50,172 bases of DNA from Dehalococcoidia bacterium (lineage in GTDB: Bacteria > Chloroflexota > Dehalococcoidia > DSTF01 > JACRBR01), in NCBI GenBank assembly GCA_041494685.1, contig JBGQBE010000020.1, positions 1 to 50,172 on the forward strand, written 5' to 3'. The notes beneath the pieces are model-generated. The model saw only the letters and a list, made by a program, of their open reading frames with translations. It was not told where the DNA came from and did not search any database. Positions 43,581 to 50,172 of the stretch are shown one piece after another; positions within the stretch are counted from its first letter, which is position 1, and the number at the start of each line of letters is the position of its first letter. A program made the position numbers and the translations under genes.

Positions 43581-44375
43581 ATGAGCGATGTACTGAAGAT
43601 CCGCGACGACGGCCGCGTGAGGACGATCGTCCTCAACCGCCCGGAGAAGAAGAACGCCCTGTCGAACGAGCTGGCGTGGGGCATCGTCACCGCCGTCGAA
43701 CAGGCCGCGCACGACGACAACGTCTGGGTCGTCGCCATCACCGGCTCCGGCGACTCCTTCTGCTCCGGGCTCGACCTCACCGGCCCCGGCGCGGACGCGT
43801 CTCCTCTCTCGCCGCAGGAGCAGTTCATGGACGACGTCCACTGGGTCGGCCGCTTTGCGCTCGTCCTGCGCGAGGTCTGCGACAAGCCGATCGTCGGCGG
43901 CATCAACGGCGTCGCGGCCGGCGCCGGCCTCTCGCTGGCGATGGCCTGCGACATGCGCCTCGCCGCCCAGTCGATGCGATTCATCGCCGGCTACCCGCGC
44001 ATCGGCGGCTCGCCCGACGGCGGCCTGACGTGGACGCTGCCCCAGGCGGTCGGCTACGAGCAGGCCATGCGCTTCCTCCTCGAGAACCGCACCGTCGGCG
44101 CCGACGAGGCGCTGCGCCTCGGCTTCGTCGGCGAGGTCGTGCCCGACGCGCAGTTCGAATCGCGCCTCGCGGAGTACTGCGCGTTCCTCGCCGAGCGCTC
44201 GCCCGTCGCCAGCCGCCTGACGAAGCGCGGCATCACGCGCGCGACGCGCATCGACCTGGAGGACCACGTCCGCTTCGAACTCGCCAACATCCTGCGCGCG
44301 TTCTCGACGCAGGACGCGGCCGAGGCGCGCAAAGCGTTCTTCGAGAAGCGCCCGCCCGTCTTCATCGGCAAGTAA
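43581..44375 (+). CDS. Enoyl-CoA hydratase/isomerase family protein
   Basis: LNRPEKKNAL, FCSGLDL, KPIVGGINGVAAGAG, PDGG, AFFEKRPP.F.G. Start ATG 43581. Confidence 0.92.
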   Translation: MSDVLKIRDDGRVRTIVLNRPEKKNALSNELAWGIVTAVEQAAHDDNVWVVAITGSGDSFCSGLDLTGPGADASPLSPQEQFMDDVHWVGRFALVLREVCDKPIVGGINGVAAGAGLSLAMACDMRLAAQSMRFIAGYPRIGGSPDGGLTWTLPQAVGYEQAMRFLLENRTVGADEALRLGFVGEVVPDAQFESRLAEYCAFLAERSPVASRLTKRGITRATRIDLEDHVRFELANILRAFSTQDAAEARKAFFEKRPPVFIGK

Positions 44376-44399
44376 CCGCTAGCGAGAAGGGACCACCCC

Positions 44400-44933
44400 A
44401 TGACGCTCGTAGAATTCATCCAGGCCGAACTCAAGCGGCTGCACGCCATGCTCGACCACGGCGTCGCCGACCTCACCCCGGAGCAGTGGTACGTGATCCC
44501 GGGCGGCAGCCCCGCGGCGAACCACATCGCCTTCGAGATGTGGCACTACGCCCGGACCGAGGACAACATCGTCCGCTTCATCCTGCAGGACCGCCGCCCC
44601 ACCGTGTGGATGGAGGGCGGCTGGGCCGCGCGCCTGGGACTGCCGCCCGTCGCGCAGGGCACCGGCATGACCGCCGCCGACGCGCAGGCGCTGCGCATCG
44701 CCGATATCGCCGCCTTCCGGGAGTACGTGCAGCAGGTGTGGCGCAGCACGGCCGACTGGCTCGCCAACCCCGACGAATCGACCTTCAACCGGCCGGTGAT
44801 GGTGAAGCCGCTCGGCGAGATGCCGGCCATCCGCGCGCTCGGGCAAGTCTGCATGACGCACGGCTTCACGCACCTCGGCGAGCTGGAGCTCTCCCGCACG
44901 CTCCTCGGCCTCAAGTCCGCCATCGGCGTATAG
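44400..44933 (+). CDS. DinB family protein
   Basis: LTPEQW, NHIAF..WH..RTED and H...H.GE motifs. Confidence 0.85.
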   Translation: MTLVEFIQAELKRLHAMLDHGVADLTPEQWYVIPGGSPAANHIAFEMWHYARTEDNIVRFILQDRRPTVWMEGGWAARLGLPPVAQGTGMTAADAQALRIADIAAFREYVQQVWRSTADWLANPDESTFNRPVMVKPLGEMPAIRALGQVCMTHGFTHLGELELSRTLLGLKSAIGV

Positions 44934-45139
44934 AAAGGAAGTTCCCGCCGTCGCCAGTCGGTGGAGCGCGTATTCCCTCGGCTCAAGTGCCACCGCTCAT
45001 CGGGCAAGCACACGCGACGAGGTTTGCAGCGCGTGACGCTGCCCTGCCTCTCATCGTTCATCGTGGTGCAGGCTGCGGCAGTTGCACGGCTCCGTGTAGG
45101 AGACGTGGATGGACTGCGGACGTGTAGGCGAAAAGTGGC

Positions 45140-46183
45140 TTAGGCCGTGGCACGTTTGAGTTCGTCCAAGAACTTCCGCGTGTCAAGGAAGTAGTTCGGG
45201 TAAGCTCGGCGAAGCGCAGCCATCGATTCCACGGAGACGAGAACGGCGTCCGCACCAGGCTTCCCACGCGTCAGCTTCTCGCTTTCGAGATAGTCTCTGG
45301 AGGCGCGTTCAAGCTCGCTGAATTGGTATCCGGTTACAGTGATTGTCCCGACACCACTCGGATCGAGCACCAGAAGGTAGTAGTGCGACTGTTTGAGTTC
45401 GCGGGGATTCTCTAGAATCCTAAGCGCCGAGCCGTACGCCGTCAGCTTCTTCCGGACATCGAGCTTCTTTGCGTAATGACGGATCTCGGTTCGCAATTCA
45501 CTTCGCTTTTCAGGAGTGCCAGGTACCGTTGGACTCCTTTCACGATTAGCGATCGAACTCCCTATGAGTGCGAAGAAGCGGAGCCAGTCCTTTTCGCCTT
45601 GGCTGGATTTCAGTGCTTGTTCGGTAAACGTGCCTACTGTCTCGACGGCGGTTGCCCAAGAATGCTGGAGTCTTGAGCGCAATTGCATCTCAATCTGGAG
45701 GCCCCCATATGTCTCCGAGCGGTCACTGAAGTAGCTGTAGATGAGATGTACGCCTCGGTACCCAGACTTCTTGGGAGCCGTAATGTAGTCGTCTGTTCGG
45801 ACCAGTGTGTGTTTGACCCGGCTGAGTTCATAGGACCTGACAAGACGACGAACTGATGACACCGAACCAACGATGGCTCTGCAACCACCGATGTCCTGCA
45901 TCTCTGAGAGTCTGAGCCAGCCAAGGCGCCGCAGTTTAAGGTCAATTGACGAGAGGCGCTTCACCCGCTGAGCGACGATGGACTGCGCATCGATCTCCCG
46001 CGCCTTGTTGCGAAGCGTCACCTGAAACGTGTTGAGCGGGAAGGCATGCGAAGTGCGCCAGTTGTTGATGACCAAGAGAGCTTGTTCGTAACCCTCCAGG
46101 TCATCAACATCGAGCGCTCCAATCAGAACCTTGCCCGCAGCATCAACTTCGCTACGTGAGTATTGTGGGGTCGTCCATGCCAT
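45140..46183 (-). CDS. RelA/SpoT-domain protein, CapRel-like fused toxin-antitoxin
   Basis: AQRVKRLSSI..KL, MQDIGGCR, DYI..PK.SGYRGVH, IEMQLRS..QHSWATAVE and C-terminal AVLV...LRRAYPNYF. Start ATG 46183; GC visibly lower than the flanks. Confidence 0.88.
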   Translation of the reverse strand: MAWTTPQYSRSEVDAAGKVLIGALDVDDLEGYEQALLVINNWRTSHAFPLNTFQVTLRNKAREIDAQSIVAQRVKRLSSIDLKLRRLGWLRLSEMQDIGGCRAIVGSVSSVRRLVRSYELSRVKHTLVRTDDYITAPKKSGYRGVHLIYSYFSDRSETYGGLQIEMQLRSRLQHSWATAVETVGTFTEQALKSSQGEKDWLRFFALIGSSIANRERSPTVPGTPEKRSELRTEIRHYAKKLDVRKKLTAYGSALRILENPRELKQSHYYLLVLDPSGVGTITVTGYQFSELERASRDYLESEKLTRGKPGADAVLVSVESMAALRRAYPNYFLDTRKFLDELKRATA

Positions 46184-46368
46184 CTCAATTGGGAACGATA
46201 CGCCATCGGGCGCGTCTGGGTCGAATTCTGCGGCGCTAGATGCGCTGAAATGGGGAGTCACGTTTTGCACCTCCCTTCTTCCGGTCACGACGGAATCGCG
46301 TCCTTAACCCCCCGTTAACCGCCGTGCGCTATCGTGTCCGTACACCCAGCCCGTCTTGTGGAGGCACC

Positions 46369-47139
46369 TTGAGCGACACCACCGCGACCGAATCCGAAGC
46401 CGCCGCCAACGAGGCAGTCGAGCGCGCCGTCGATGAGCGCGCCGCGCGACAGCGCGTCCCGGGCGCCTTCGACCTCGCCTTCCTCTCCGGCACGCAGAAC
46501 ATCACCGAGCTGATCCTCGTCCGCCACGGCCAGCAAGACTACGACGAGACCGGCCCCGCGGGACAGATGATCGACCCGCCGCTCAGCGCGCTCGGCCGCA
46601 GCCAGGCGCGACTCGTCGGCATGGCGCTCTCGACCGAGCGCATCGACGCCGTGTACGCCAGCCCGCTCCAGCGAGCCCTCGACACCGGCAACGAGATCGC
46701 GCGGCACCACCGCATGGAACCGATCGTCGTCGACGACCTGCGCGAAGTCGAGATCTTCCGCGACGTGCCGCCGGAGCGGACGCCGCTGGAGGTGATCGGC
46801 CGCCGCGCCCTGGTGGGCGCGCGCGAGCGGATGGTCACCGAGAAGAGCTGGGACGTCTACCCGCTCTCAGAGCCCAGCTACGAGTTCCACAAGCGCGTCG
46901 TCAACGCGATCGAAGGGATCATCGCCGCGCACCCGGATCAGCGGGTCGTCATCGCCTGCCACGGCGGCGTCATCAACGCCTACATCGGGCACATCATCGG
47001 CGCGAAGTACGACATGTTCTTCCGGCCCGCGCACACGTCGATCAACGTCGTCGCCGCCGGCGGCGGACGCCGCGCGCTCTACCGGCTCAACGACGCGCAC
47101 CACCTGCAGACCGCCGAGGGCAGCTTCCACAGCCTGTAG
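46369..47139 (+). CDS. Histidine phosphatase (phosphoglycerate mutase) family protein
   Basis: LVRHGQ, DPPLS..G..QA, SPLQRA, DLRE, CHGGVI. TTG 46369 behind GGAGG. Confidence 0.9.
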   Translation: MSDTTATESEAAANEAVERAVDERAARQRVPGAFDLAFLSGTQNITELILVRHGQQDYDETGPAGQMIDPPLSALGRSQARLVGMALSTERIDAVYASPLQRALDTGNEIARHHRMEPIVVDDLREVEIFRDVPPERTPLEVIGRRALVGARERMVTEKSWDVYPLSEPSYEFHKRVVNAIEGIIAAHPDQRVVIACHGGVINAYIGHIIGAKYDMFFRPAHTSINVVAAGGGRRALYRLNDAHHLQTAEGSFHSL

Positions 47140-47272
47140 GCCCGCCGCGGGCCGCAGAGCCGGGCGGCCATCTTCCGACACGATCCTCCACGGCGCTCAG
47201 ACGCGATCACTGTGGTATGTTCCATGACGGCCCGGCCGCTCGCCGGGCGAGTCCGTTCGCATCGAGGCCACG

Positions 47273-50119
<2,847 letters not shown>

Positions 50120-50172
50120 GCACAGCCGTCCTACCCCGCACGAAAGACCGCCACAGCGGCTCGCGGATTCTG

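Noticed and set aside
44934..46300. IS element or prophage boundaries around the CapRel-like gene
   Set aside because: No transposase or integrase, and no convincing terminal inverted repeats or target duplication found by eye.

Overview
High-GC bacterial chromosomal segment, probably Chloroflexota (Dehalococcoidia-like); the taxon is inferred from gene families, not from a search. The backbone is housekeeping: gap, aroB-aroK-aroC, aroE-mltG-ruvX-alaS, glmU-CorC/HlyC family, dprA-topA, thyX. Accessory genes are interspersed: a DUF433/DUF5615 toxin-antitoxin pair, a FixL-like heme-PAS hybrid kinase whose phosphoacceptor His is replaced by Gln, an NnrS-like protein, GT87/GT39 glycosyltransferases, a hydrolase-adenylate cyclase fusion, a haloalkane dehalogenase, an LPNTG-anchored BNR protein and an M16 peptidase. 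A probable 6S RNA lies inside the aro cluster. The most notable signals are: (1) a lower-GC CapRel-like fused toxin-antitoxin (anti-phage candidate); (2) five degenerate 7-bp tandem-repeat tracts, one inserted in frame in AlaRS with an 8-bp duplication and two bracketing a two-gene block in inverted orientation; (3) a two-gene cassette flanked by an exact 24-bp duplication of a gene 3' end; (4) an orphan GAPKGN-motif ORF carrying 10-bp CAATCAAAC repeats; (5) at least eight apparently leaderless genes. No tRNA, rRNA, CRISPR array, integrase or transposase was seen. All calls come from motif recognition by eye.
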